A stretch of 61,265 bases of DNA, from the IMG/VR virus record IMGVR_UViG_3300045988_080771, positions 1 to 61,265 of that record. The stretch is one strand, 5' to 3'. The notes beneath the pieces are model-generated. The model had not been told where the DNA came from. It worked only from the letters and a program-made list of their open reading frames with translations, and made no database searches. Shown in pieces: positions 15,467 to 23,671 of this stretch. Numbering within the stretch: position 1 is the first letter of the stretch; each line of letters begins with the position of its first letter. Source of the stretch: a virus. The position numbers were made by a program, and so were the translations under genes.

Positions 15467-15567
15467 TTGAAGAAATGTTTGAAAACTTCAGTGGCGAGAC
15501 ATTGATCGGTATTGCTATTATCGTGATATTTCTCGCCATTGCTCTATTTTTCGGAGATGAATCATGA
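15463..15567 (+). CDS. possible 34-aa hydrophobic coupling ORF between thyA and the PolB C-terminal half
   Basis: Translated by hand: [38 protein letters not shown] overlap with the thyA stop and with the start at 15564. Confidence 0.35.
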   Translation: MIEEMFENFSGETLIGIAIIVIFLAIALFFGDES

Positions 15568-16640
15568 CTGACAAACCAATGCTAGGTGGTATGTTCGGTA
15601 ATGTCGCATTGTTAGATATTGCTTCGATGCATCCGCATTCGATCATTGCTATGAACATGTTCGGACCATATACGAAACGATACAAGGATATTCTAGACAC
15701 GCGTATCGCCATAAAGCATGGAGATTTCGAAACCGCTGAGAAGCTTCTGGACAACAAATTCACGGATGCTGAACTTCGTGAGAACCAGAAGATTCTATCG
15801 ACGGCATTGAAGATTCCTATCAATTCGGTTTATGGTTTGACTTCAGCTCATTTTCCGACAAGGTTCAATGATGTTGCGGCCGGACGACTCGATCGCAATA
15901 TGGACAATAAAGTTGCCAAGCGTGGTGCATTATTTATGATCACACTAAAGCACAAAGTCCAGGAGATGGGTTATACAGTAGTTCACATCAAGACCGATTC
16001 AATCAAGATCGCCGATGCTGATGATTATATTATCAACTGGGTGACTGAATTCGGCCATAAGTATGGATACACATTTGAGCATGAAGCAACCTATGACAAG
16101 CTTTGCATTGTCAATAAATCCACATATATTGCTCATTCCGCATGGGGTGAACATGCTGGTGAATGGACCGCTACTGGGTTGCAATTCCAGGTTCCTTATG
16201 TATTCAAAACCTTATTTTCAGGAGAACAAGTCAACCTGTCAGATCTATCGGAGGTCAAAAGTGTACAGACATCACTATATCTTGACTTCAATGAAGATTT
16301 GCCAGCAGATGAGCATAATTACTCATTCGTTGGAAAAGTTGGCGCATTCATTCCAGTCAAAAGTGGTTCCAATGGTGGTGAACTTGTCAGAAGCGATGGT
16401 AAAGGAGGATATTCAAGTGCTACCGGAGCAAAAGGCTATCGATGGAAAGAAGCATCATTAGTCCGCGAGAACAAACTCGCCGATGAAATCGACATGTCAT
16501 ATTACAACAAACTTGCCGATGATGCCATTGGAGCGATCAATGAACGTGGTGATTATAACTGGTTTGTTTCTGACGAACCTTATATTTCACCAAATCCAGA
16601 ATCAAACAAGACAATGGAGAGACTGTTCAATGGAGCTTAA
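15564..16640 (+). CDS. family-B DNA polymerase, polymerase-domain half (palm, fingers, thumb)
   Basis: Motif A LLDIASMHPHSII (15609-15641), motif B KIPINSVYGLT, motif C HIKTDSIKI (about 15981-16010). Own RBS ggag, with an in-frame stop 2 codons upstream. Confidence 0.8.
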   Translation: MTDKPMLGGMFGNVALLDIASMHPHSIIAMNMFGPYTKRYKDILDTRIAIKHGDFETAEKLLDNKFTDAELRENQKILSTALKIPINSVYGLTSAHFPTRFNDVAAGRLDRNMDNKVAKRGALFMITLKHKVQEMGYTVVHIKTDSIKIADADDYIINWVTEFGHKYGYTFEHEATYDKLCIVNKSTYIAHSAWGEHAGEWTATGLQFQVPYVFKTLFSGEQVNLSDLSEVKSVQTSLYLDFNEDLPADEHNYSFVGKVGAFIPVKSGSNGGELVRSDGKGGYSSATGAKGYRWKEASLVRENKLADEIDMSYYNKLADDAIGAINERGDYNWFVSDEPYISPNPESNKTMERLFNGA

Positions 16641-16785
16641 TCTTTTTACTGTCGGAATAGCCTTGCTAATCTTCGTAAGGGCTATAATACAGCTTATGGA
16701 TACAAAATCAAAACTAAGTGATATTATTTGTATTGTGCTTATATTTATATGCGTATTCGTCATCGGATACGTTTGCTCACAATAG
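16630..16785 (+). CDS. small membrane protein (51 aa, 2 TM helices)
   Basis: Internal ATG of track ORF 16483..16785; starts MELNLFTVGIALLIFV...; overlaps the polymerase stop. Confidence 0.5.
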   Translation: MELNLFTVGIALLIFVRAIIQLMDTKSKLSDIICIVLIFICVFVIGYVCSQ

Positions 16786-16822
16786 AATATTGCTTATAGA
16801 TTTATATCGTTAGGAGTTTATT

Positions 16823-17161
16823 ATGTCAACGTATCAAATGACTGATGTAATGGATATGTTCGACCAGGATGCATATAAAATCGGCTATGATTATGGAAAG
16901 CTCGATGCATATCGTAATATTATGACATTCTTTTTTAAGAATGTAAATGCATGGGAAGCGGACTATTTTGATAAGCTATATTCTAAGTTCGAGGGATTCG
17001 ATAAACCAATTCAGCTTCGTCAATCCGATTTCTTCAAGATGGCTCTAGATTCCACGATTAGGATCCGTGAAATTATGGAGAAGGAATTGGAGGAGCGTTG
17101 TAAGAAAACAGGTAAAGATCTGGAGCAGTATATTGACTTAAATGGAGAGACTAGTAAATGA
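16823..17161 (+). CDS. hypothetical protein (112 aa)
   Basis: RBS taggag; ORF track. Confidence 0.7.
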   Translation: MSTYQMTDVMDMFDQDAYKIGYDYGKLDAYRNIMTFFFKNVNAWEADYFDKLYSKFEGFDKPIQLRQSDFFKMALDSTIRIREIMEKELEERCKKTGKDLEQYIDLNGETSK

Positions 17162-17250
17162 CACTAAATGACACGATCTGTTTCGTTGCCATGATGGCTG
17201 CAACGGTGCTGATCTCATATTTTTCAAAATAAATAACGAAAGGAGTCCAC

Positions 17251-17493
17251 ATGGATGATATTATCGCAAACGAACGTATTCTTGACTCGGTCATGGGCTG
17301 TGACTGTGATGCAGAAATCAAGGTAATGGATTCATATTTGTATGAAGACCAAACATCCGATGATTACACCACACGAACAAAGACCATATTTGTCTGCACA
17401 GGATGCGGAAAGATGGTTTCGGTCGCTGGCGAAGTCGATGAGATCGCCGATATTTCCATGGTAGCCAAAGTTCGAGAGCTCGAAGATGATTGA
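17251..17493 (+). CDS. small zinc-ribbon-like protein (80 aa)
   Basis: CDCD ... CTGCGK; RBS gaaaggag. Confidence 0.65.
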   Translation: MDDIIANERILDSVMGCDCDAEIKVMDSYLYEDQTSDDYTTRTKTIFVCTGCGKMVSVAGEVDEIADISMVAKVRELEDD

Positions 17494-17698
17494 TCAGATC
17501 ATTCTAACCATATTCGCAATCTTAATCATTATATTCGTAAACATTATAATCGGATCCAGAATCGATAAACTATTTGAAAGGATGAATCATGAAGACAAAA
17601 GTAAACCGCACCTCGAAGGAAGTCAAGAAGGAAGCAAAGAAAGCGATGAAGTGTCATTGCGATGCGTCCATTGTGATTCTAAGCCGAGTTCTCGATGA
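17486..17698 (+). CDS. small membrane protein (70 aa); its 3' part overlaps an alternative-frame ORF
   Basis: N-terminal TM helix IILTIFAILIIIFVNIIIG; ATGA-type overlap with the upstream gene. Confidence 0.5.
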   Translation: MIDQIILTIFAILIIIFVNIIIGSRIDKLFERMNHEDKSKPHLEGSQEGSKESDEVSLRCVHCDSKPSSR

Positions 17699-17765
17699 TA
17701 GTGGTCATGGAAGCTACCATTGTTGGTGCCCTGGTTGTGGTAAACAAGTGAACATCACGCGATAA
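17589..17765 (+). CDS. 58-aa zinc-ribbon-like protein (below the ORF-track cutoff)
   Basis: Translated by hand: MKTKVNRTSKEVKKEAKKAMKCHCDASIVILSRVLDDSGHGSYHCWCPGCGKQVNITR*. RBS gaaagga; its stop lies inside PE-13. Confidence 0.5.
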   Translation: MKTKVNRTSKEVKKEAKKAMKCHCDASIVILSRVLDDSGHGSYHCWCPGCGKQVNITR

Positions 17766-17784
17766 AATCACGCTCTTTAATGAA
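17757..17784 (+). promoter_or_regulatory. PE-13
   Basis: acgcgataaaatcacgctctttaatgaa; ATG at 17812. Confidence 0.6.
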
Positions 17785-17811
17785 GTAAACACTACTCATT
17801 AAGGAGAAATC

Positions 17812-18021
17812 ATGAACACTATTGTCGCAATCGCACTGATTGTCATTCTCAGTATTGCACTGATCTTCACCATTGCTACCGCATGTAACATTGCGAATGA
17901 ATCCGCATATGTTAAAACGGAATTGGTAAAGGTAAAGACTCTGCTAAAGACTGCATATGCTGTTAGTGACGATGCAACCAAAAATATTCTCGATAAAATC
18001 GATGAATTAAGCGTTTGCTGA
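17812..18021 (+). CDS. small membrane protein (69 aa)
   Basis: TM helix IVAIALIVILSIALIFTIA; RBS taaggag. Confidence 0.7.
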   Translation: MNTIVAIALIVILSIALIFTIATACNIANESAYVKTELVKVKTLLKTAYAVSDDATKNILDKIDELSVC

Positions 18022-18025
18022 ACGA

Positions 18026-18066
18026 CTTAAAGGTCTATGAAAAAATCATAGGCCTTTAAGTCTTTC
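18026..18066 (+). terminator. intrinsic terminator
   Basis: 15-bp stem cttaaaggtctatga-aaaaa-tcataggcctttaag followed by tctttct. Confidence 0.7.
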
Positions 18067-18067
18067 T

Positions 18068-18095
18068 CCGCGAATAAAACATCTCCCTTAATGAA
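18068..18095 (+). promoter_or_regulatory. PE-14
   Basis: ccgcgaataaaacatctcccttaatgaa; ATG at 18123. Confidence 0.6.
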
Positions 18096-18122
18096 GTAAA
18101 CCCATAAACTAAGGAGATGTAT

Positions 18123-18305
18123 ATGGTATCATTGATTGTAACGATCATCACCGTAGGCCTGGTCCTAATCGGTTATGAGATCGGTGACATATTCTTTGGA
18201 TCAATCCGTCGTAAGATTGAGATGAAGAATGAAGCCGAGAGTCATATCCTTAGGGACCAGTACGGAATCTATAATATCGATGACGTATTCAAGCCCAAAC
18301 GCTGA
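18123..18305 (+). CDS. small membrane protein (60 aa)
   Basis: The second in-frame ATG has proper spacing from AAGGAG; TM helix VSLIVTIITVGLVLIGY. Confidence 0.65.
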   Translation: MVSLIVTIITVGLVLIGYEIGDIFFGSIRRKIEMKNEAESHILRDQYGIYNIDDVFKPKR

Positions 18306-18322
18306 ATAGGTTTATTTTTATT

Positions 18323-18354
18323 AGACCCTGTGGAAACACAGGGTTTATATTTTT
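18323..18354 (+). terminator. intrinsic terminator, hairpin-family variant
   Basis: agaccctgtg-gaaa-cacagggttt followed by atattttt. Confidence 0.75.
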
Positions 18355-18367
18355 GAAAGGAATTAAA

Positions 18368-18874
18368 ATGTCACAGTATAAGCAGTACACTCTCGAAGGC
18401 GTCACTCTCCCGTTTGGTAAGAACTTCTCCGGCGAGGAAGGCAAGTTCAATGCCAAGGGTGATCGCAATTTCTGCATTTCTCTGACAAAGGATCAGGCTG
18501 ATTTCCTGTCTGGTGAAGGTCTGTCGGTTCGTTCGTTGCCTCCGAAGGATGAAGACTCTCAGGAACTTTATTATCTTCCGATCAAGGTTTCCTATAAGGT
18601 CCGTCCGCCGGAGATCTACATGGTTACCTCTTCTGGCAAGCGTAAGGTTTCTGAAGACAATGTCTCCAATCTTGATTATGCAGACATCATCTCTGCAGAT
18701 GTGACCTTCACCGGTCGTCCGTGGGAGATGAATGGCAAGCATGGCGTAAAGGCATATCTGAACAACCTCTATGCGACCATCCAGGAGTCTCCGCTGGAGG
18801 AGAAGTATGCAGATATTCCAGACTTCCCGGATTCCGCTACCAACACGATGACCTTCGCGGCCATCAGTCAGTGA
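18368..18874 (+). CDS. putative ssDNA-binding protein (T7 gp2.5 / DUF2815-like)
   Basis: Resembles the OB-fold family, with NGKHGVKAYLNNLYA and an acidic/aromatic C-terminal region EEKYADIPDF. Family assignment is from memory only. Confidence 0.45.
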   Translation: MSQYKQYTLEGVTLPFGKNFSGEEGKFNAKGDRNFCISLTKDQADFLSGEGLSVRSLPPKDEDSQELYYLPIKVSYKVRPPEIYMVTSSGKRKVSEDNVSNLDYADIISADVTFTGRPWEMNGKHGVKAYLNNLYATIQESPLEEKYADIPDFPDSATNTMTFAAISQ

Positions 18875-18880
18875 TATTTC

Positions 18881-18929
18881 TGATTGGCTCTCGGGTATTC
18901 TCGGGAGCCAATCATTTGGTTATATTTTT
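18881..18929 (+). terminator. intrinsic terminator
   Basis: 15-bp stem tgattggctctcggg-tatt-ctcgggagccaatca followed by a T-rich tail. Confidence 0.75.
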
Positions 18930-18939
18930 AAGGAAAGAA

Positions 18940-19206
18940 ATGACAAAGAAAATCAAATGGAGCGATCTGAATCTCGATGTGGTTCGTGAAAAGGTCGCCA
19001 AACATCATAGTGAAATCTGTCCGTCAGAGTTCGGTCCGGATATTTACATCGATGAAATGCGCTCGCAGTTCGATGGGGAGATTCTCTGCACCGAGCATAA
19101 CTGGCGAGATGAATCATATACCACGATCAATATCTATGCGGAATGTCAGAACTGCAACAAAGCCGGTTATACGACTCTTCGTCTGGATAACGATATTCTC
19201 AAATGA
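18940..19206 (+). CDS. hypothetical Cys-containing protein (88 aa)
   Basis: Internal ATG of track ORF 18721..19206, downstream of the terminator; RBS aaggaaag. Confidence 0.6.
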   Translation: MTKKIKWSDLNLDVVREKVAKHHSEICPSEFGPDIYIDEMRSQFDGEILCTEHNWRDESYTTINIYAECQNCNKAGYTTLRLDNDILK

Positions 19207-20435
19207 GCACAAGACTATATCAGTTTCAGAAGGACGCGATTCTGAAACTCCATAGCGGTTGTATATTGGCAGGAGGCGTCGGAACCGGAAAGTCCATTAC
19301 GTCTCTTGCATATTTTCTGGGTCGGGAGTGCAAGCACAAAGCTGGCAAGAACGCCAATGGCGATACATACAAGCCTCTGCCAGGTTCTCCGGACCTGTAT
19401 ATTATTACAACCGCAAGAAAACGCGATTCACTCGAGTGGGTCGGTGAACTGAACAAATTCGCATTATCCACTGGTAAGAACACTGGAATGGGTGGAATAA
19501 CTGTTACCATCGATTCGTGGAACAACATCGGAAAGTATAGGGATGTGCAGGGCGCATTCTTCATATTTGATGAACAACGTGTCGTTGGTTCAGGTGCCTG
19601 GACAAAAGATTTTATTCGAATAAGTCGATTCAATCGATGGATTCTATTGTCCGCGACTCCTGGGGACACTTGGAGCGATTATATTCCTGTGTTCATCGCA
19701 AACGGATTCTATAAGAACCGGACGCATTTCATGAGACGGCATGCAGTCTATGATAGATGGAGCAAATTTCCACGAGTCACAAAATGGCTGGATGAGGACT
19801 ATCTCTGCAAACTTCGGGATCTGATACTGGTTCCGATGGAAATGCCAAGGGAAACTGAACGAAAGGTTGAACAGGTCTACGTACCTTATGACAAAGAACA
19901 ATACAAACGATTGCAAAAAGACCGATGGAACATATTCACGGATGAGCCTATCGAGAACTTTTCAGAGCTCGCAATCAATCTACGGCGGGTTGTTAACATG
20001 GAACCCGCTCGTCTTAAAGAGACCGCACGACTCTGTCAAGCACATCAGCGTGTGATCATATTCTACAATCTGAAAGTGGAACTCGAGCAGCTTCGCCAAC
20101 TTCATAAGATGACCGGAATGAAGGTCGCCGAGTGGAATGGCGAAAAGCATGAGCCACTGCCAGAGGGTGATTCGTGGATATATTTGGTTCAGTACACCGC
20201 TGGTGCAGAGGGCTGGAACTGTATCACGTGCAATACGATTATATTCTATTCACTTAATTACAGTTATAAGATAATGGAGCAGGCTGCCGGACGTATTGAT
20301 CGTATGAATACCCCGTACAAAATGCTGCATTATTATCTTGTCAGATCGTATGCGCCGATCGATATCGGCATTCTGAGAGCTCTTAAGAACAAAGAGAACT
20401 TCAATGCGGTATCGTTCCTTAAAAGCGTGAAATAG
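19203..20435 (+). CDS. SF2 (SNF2/DEAD-like) helicase
   Basis: Motif I AGGVGTGKS, motif II FIFDEQ, motif III LLSATP, motif VI QAAGRIDR. Confidence 0.75.
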   Translation: MSTRLYQFQKDAILKLHSGCILAGGVGTGKSITSLAYFLGRECKHKAGKNANGDTYKPLPGSPDLYIITTARKRDSLEWVGELNKFALSTGKNTGMGGITVTIDSWNNIGKYRDVQGAFFIFDEQRVVGSGAWTKDFIRISRFNRWILLSATPGDTWSDYIPVFIANGFYKNRTHFMRRHAVYDRWSKFPRVTKWLDEDYLCKLRDLILVPMEMPRETERKVEQVYVPYDKEQYKRLQKDRWNIFTDEPIENFSELAINLRRVVNMEPARLKETARLCQAHQRVIIFYNLKVELEQLRQLHKMTGMKVAEWNGEKHEPLPEGDSWIYLVQYTAGAEGWNCITCNTIIFYSLNYSYKIMEQAAGRIDRMNTPYKMLHYYLVRSYAPIDIGILRALKNKENFNAVSFLKSVK

Positions 20436-20478
20436 TCTAAGACTAATAAGTATGCATATTTGATCTGAAAAGCTGTCT

Positions 20479-20523
20479 AAAGGCCCTTTATTTGCCTCAC
20501 AGAGGCATTAGAGGGCCTTTTTA
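20479..20523 (+). terminator. intrinsic terminator (nested hairpin)
   Basis: aaaggccct...agggccttt outer stem with inner stem tgcctc-aca-gaggca, followed by a T5 run. Confidence 0.7.
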
Positions 20524-20535
20524 TAAGGAGTTATC

Positions 20536-20835
20536 ATGGAAAAGTCAAAAACGAATCATTACTTCATATTTTATGAAGGTGATCGATGCAAGCATATTAT
20601 TGCAAGACCTGAAGAGGTTGAACTCTTCAATTGTTATGATGACGATCAACCAGAGTCTAAAACATATTATTCAAATACTTACGGCCGTCTGCTCATGGCG
20701 GTACGTATTCATACCGATGTAGGTAGTTATATAGAATTTCCAGACGTAACCGAAGTCTGGATATTTTCTGGAGATTTTCAAATGTATCGGCCTAATGGCA
20801 TTCATACTATAGGACAAGGAGTTTATCGGATATGA
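20536..20835 (+). CDS. hypothetical protein (99 aa)
   Basis: RBS taaggag; ORF track. Confidence 0.7.
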   Translation: MEKSKTNHYFIFYEGDRCKHIIARPEEVELFNCYDDDQPESKTYYSNTYGRLLMAVRIHTDVGSYIEFPDVTEVWIFSGDFQMYRPNGIHTIGQGVYRI

Positions 20836-20990
20836 TAGTATTTCTAAAGGTAATTGGTTTGGCATTGCTAATGTTACCTGTATTCATAGTATTGTCCATA
20901 TTAGCAATACTTATGGGTGTTGGAATTTTGTGGATCAGTATTAAGATTTTCGAATGGATCGAAAAGATGATATATCGGAGGAATAAATGA
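20832..20990 (+). CDS. 52-aa membrane miniprotein (2 TM helices; below the ORF-track cutoff)
   Basis: Translated by hand: MIVFLKVIGLALLMLPVFIVLSILAILMGVGILWISIKIFEWIEKMIYRRNK*. ATGA overlaps on both sides. Confidence 0.5.
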   Translation: MIVFLKVIGLALLMLPVFIVLSILAILMGVGILWISIKIFEWIEKMIYRRNK

Positions 20991-21541
20991 AAGATAAAAA
21001 GTTTCTTCCTGCTGAACCGATATTCGTCTATGAAGACGGTGAAGTGTTTCCGAGTTATCGCCAGATGGGGAAATACTATGATGTCGGGCAGCAAACGGTT
21101 CGCAACTGTATTACAGGTCGCGTCAGTTCATGGAACGGCATTCATATTTTGACAGTCGATCCGTCGAGGTGGGATAAATACAGTATGTATTTTCGCACGC
21201 TTGACGAATGGAAAGATCTTCTGTGGGATTTGGACCGTTTATATCCGCATATTCCAGAGAAGTACAGTATAAAGACCAATGAGCAGTTCCTTACAATGAA
21301 GCATATTGCAATCCAGGAGAAGAAGTACGAAATGGCTTCGCAGATCCAGGATGTTATGTGTGATGAACCATGGTTATCATTTGCTGAGCTGTCTCGCAGG
21401 ACTGATATTCCGTCGCAAACGGTCAAGCGTTATATCGATCAGTGGGAGCATATCAGTACTGATCATAATTTCATGCATGGCGATATCGAACCGGTTGAAC
21501 TCGATTGGAGGACTTACGAGTATGAAATACACGACAGCTAA
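20987..21541 (+). CDS. putative DNA-binding protein (184 aa) with two HTH-like segments
   Basis: YRQMGKYYDVGQQTVRNCI and FAELSRRTDIPSQTVKRYI resemble IENR/NUMOD-type HTH motifs. Confidence 0.35.
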   Translation: MKDKKFLPAEPIFVYEDGEVFPSYRQMGKYYDVGQQTVRNCITGRVSSWNGIHILTVDPSRWDKYSMYFRTLDEWKDLLWDLDRLYPHIPEKYSIKTNEQFLTMKHIAIQEKKYEMASQIQDVMCDEPWLSFAELSRRTDIPSQTVKRYIDQWEHISTDHNFMHGDIEPVELDWRTYEYEIHDS

Positions 21542-22031
21542 GTATATACCTCATTGTTATCATCTCGCTGCTGTGGCTTTGGGATGCTGTCATGGAATCA
21601 ACAATGATCTCGTATGTGTAGGGATTCCAGATTTTCCTGATTGGTTTGATGGAAGTAGTCGGGAATCGGGGGACGCTTTGAGGGATGAATACCCGGATGG
21701 TGTCACGCTTCATGCATATTGCATGGTATGTCATAAGCGATGCTGGTTCGTCACACCATTTGAGAACACAGTTGATGTTCCAAACTGGACAAAACGTATC
21801 CTGGCTATTCAAATACCGAATTGTCCACATGGGTGGAGATCATGGGATATTTCGCCATACATGGAGACGATTTCCAATAAGGAGGTCTTTGAGGATCCGC
21901 GTATTATGAAGAATCATAGGTTCCTGCATAAGGTATATTGTCGTAGGTGTAGGCGTGTTTATCCAGTTCTTTTGAACTATGATGAGTCGATTCACCATAC
22001 GATTTCATGCACTTTGCAGGCCTGGTATTAG
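21522..22031 (+). CDS. Cys/His-rich protein (169 aa)
   Basis: Internal ATG with RBS ggagg; multiple CxxC and H-containing clusters. Confidence 0.5.
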   Translation: MKYTTAKYIPHCYHLAAVALGCCHGINNDLVCVGIPDFPDWFDGSSRESGDALRDEYPDGVTLHAYCMVCHKRCWFVTPFENTVDVPNWTKRILAIQIPNCPHGWRSWDISPYMETISNKEVFEDPRIMKNHRFLHKVYCRRCRRVYPVLLNYDESIHHTISCTLQAWY

Positions 22032-22032
22032 A

Positions 22033-22083
22033 AATCATTTGTGCAGTAAATTAGCCATTTTCTGAGTTACTGCACAAATGATT
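22033..22083. repeat. perfect 17-bp inverted repeat (hairpin or operator-like)
   Basis: aatcatttgtgcagtaa - 17 nt - ttactgcacaaatgatt, followed by gatttt. Confidence 0.9.
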
Positions 22084-22089
22084 GATTTT

Positions 22090-22138
22090 CAGAGCCTCGA
22101 TTCAGAGTGGTAAAAACCGGTCGATTTTCGGGGCTCTG
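22090..22138. repeat. second inverted repeat
   Basis: cagagcctcga ... tcggggctctg (about 11 bp including one G-U pair). Confidence 0.7.
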
Positions 22139-22142
22139 AAAA

Positions 22143-22158
22143 AATCATTTGTGCAGTA
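22143..22158. repeat. third copy of the 17-mer (direct orientation)
   Basis: aatcatttgtgcagta. Confidence 0.85.
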
Positions 22159-22370
22159 GTTTTTGGAAAAGTGCCAAAAAGGGTAGTTAGGGGGTATAAA
22201 TCGCCCTATTTTGGGTCTTTATTATTACTATATTTAAATTACAGATCTATTTAAATCAAAGAATAGAAATTATATATAAGAGATGAAAACATGCATATAA
22301 TGGCGAATAGACTTAGATCCGCATTTCAAGTATAGTAATTTTTCGATTTCTCTTCGAAAGGAGTTTTCAA

Positions 22371-22916
22371 ATGGTAATGTGGTCTATAATTCCCCAACAT
22401 CCGAAATACACAGCATCGAATACTGGCGAGGTTTGCCGAATAAGCACTGGACATATTCTTAAGAAGTTCAAGATGCAAAATGGTTATAATTATGTCTGCA
22501 TCGATCGAAAGAATATTTTAGTCGCTCGTCTCGTCTGTGCTGCATTTATGGAAGACTTTGATATCGAAGACAGCTACATTGTCGTCCATCATATTCATGA
22601 TAAGAGCGATGATTCACTCGATAATCTTGAAATCATGGAACGTAGTGAGTTGCTTGATCTTGTTGAGCCATATTTCGCCGATGGTCTTCCGCGAGGTCGC
22701 GCCAGTCTGAAATACGGAACGAAATACGATAAGAAAGCTGTGCCGATTCAATGCATTGAAACTGGTCACATATTTCCATCCGCTAAACATGCTGCCAAAT
22801 GGCTCGAGCAAATCGGATGTGGATATTTGTGTGCCGGTTATGTTTATCGCATTGCAAAAGATAGCAAGGAAGGAGTTCGAGGTTACCATTTTCGACGTTT
22901 GGATAAACGCGAATAA
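22371..22916 (+). CDS. HNH homing endonuclease (HNH_3/NUMOD4-like)
   Basis: N-terminal W..IP..P.Y..S..G.V, HNH core VVHHIHDKSDDSLDNLEIM, and a C-terminal IENR-like segment IQCIETGHIFPSAKHAAKWL. Confidence 0.75.
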   Translation: MVMWSIIPQHPKYTASNTGEVCRISTGHILKKFKMQNGYNYVCIDRKNILVARLVCAAFMEDFDIEDSYIVVHHIHDKSDDSLDNLEIMERSELLDLVEPYFADGLPRGRASLKYGTKYDKKAVPIQCIETGHIFPSAKHAAKWLEQIGCGYLCAGYVYRIAKDSKEGVRGYHFRRLDKRE

Positions 22917-22934
22917 AACATGGCCCTTAATGAA
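22907..22934 (+). promoter_or_regulatory. PE-15 (overlaps the stop codon of the HNH gene)
   Basis: acgcgaataaaacatggcccttaatgaa; ATG at 22957. Confidence 0.6.
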
Positions 22935-22956
22935 ACCTAGTTGAAAGGATCATAAA

Positions 22957-23280
22957 ATGAAGAACAAATTCTATACAATAATGGATGCGTTTCAAATTGC
23001 TGGAAACCTTTACTTGTTAGGTTATTTTATCAACATTTTACGTCGCTCTCATGCATTGCATTTGAGGATTGAACGAGCTACATTTGTATCTGTTAATGAA
23101 ATGAGACATTATCTAGCAGACGCTATATATGAAATTTCACCAAAGTGCAAAATTATGTTCGACAATTCCGAATTCGATGATGACGGGACCGTCGGTATTC
23201 GTGTTGATAATATGACCAAGAAAGAACGAATTCAGCTTGAATCTGTTATTCCATATTGGCATAGCATCCACATCGGATGA
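22957..23280 (+). CDS. hypothetical protein (107 aa)
   Basis: RBS gaaagga; ORF track. Confidence 0.7.
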   Translation: MKNKFYTIMDAFQIAGNLYLLGYFINILRRSHALHLRIERATFVSVNEMRHYLADAIYEISPKCKIMFDNSEFDDDGTVGIRVDNMTKKERIQLESVIPYWHSIHIG

Positions 23281-23296
23281 TTCATATTTAACTATC

Positions 23297-23332
23297 AAAG
23301 AAACTCGATTTAAAAACATCGGGTTTCTTTTT
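23297..23332 (+). terminator. intrinsic terminator
   Basis: aaagaaactcga-N10-tcgggtttcttt followed by tt. Confidence 0.6.
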
Positions 23333-23350
23333 GCCTTAATGGAGGATAAA

Positions 23351-23671
23351 ATGTCAAAGTATCAATTAGAGCGTAAATTCCAAAGTAAGCTAAAAGATCA
23401 TATTTGGGAACGAATTCCAGATTGCAAAATCATTAAGAATGATCCGACCGGTCTTCAGGGTGTTCCTGATCTTCTGGTTCTTTATCATGGACGATTTGCC
23501 GCTCTCGAATGCAAACGAAATGCAGACGCTGCTCATCGTCCGAATCAGGATTATTATATCAAGCAGTTTGCTGTGGATGGTTATGCTACATTTGTATATC
23601 CCGAGAACGAAGCACAAGTGGTTGACGATCTGGTTTCATATTTTGGAGTTGATAATGATAAAGTTCAATGA
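23351..23671 (+). CDS. VRR-NUC / PD-(D/E)xK nuclease (106 aa)
   Basis: GVPDLLVLYHGRFAALECKR; internal ATG with RBS ggagga. Confidence 0.6.
   Translation: MSKYQLERKFQSKLKDHIWERIPDCKIIKNDPTGLQGVPDLLVLYHGRFAALECKRNADAAHRPNQDYYIKQFAVDGYATFVYPENEAQVVDDLVSYFGVDNDKVQ

Noticed and set aside
22033-22083. Inverted repeats as the ends of a transposon or MITE carrying the HNH gene
   Set aside because: The repeats are clustered on one side only (22033-22158). I found no matching copy downstream of the HNH gene, and no target-site duplication is evident. They are treated as regulatory, origin or terminator structure instead.
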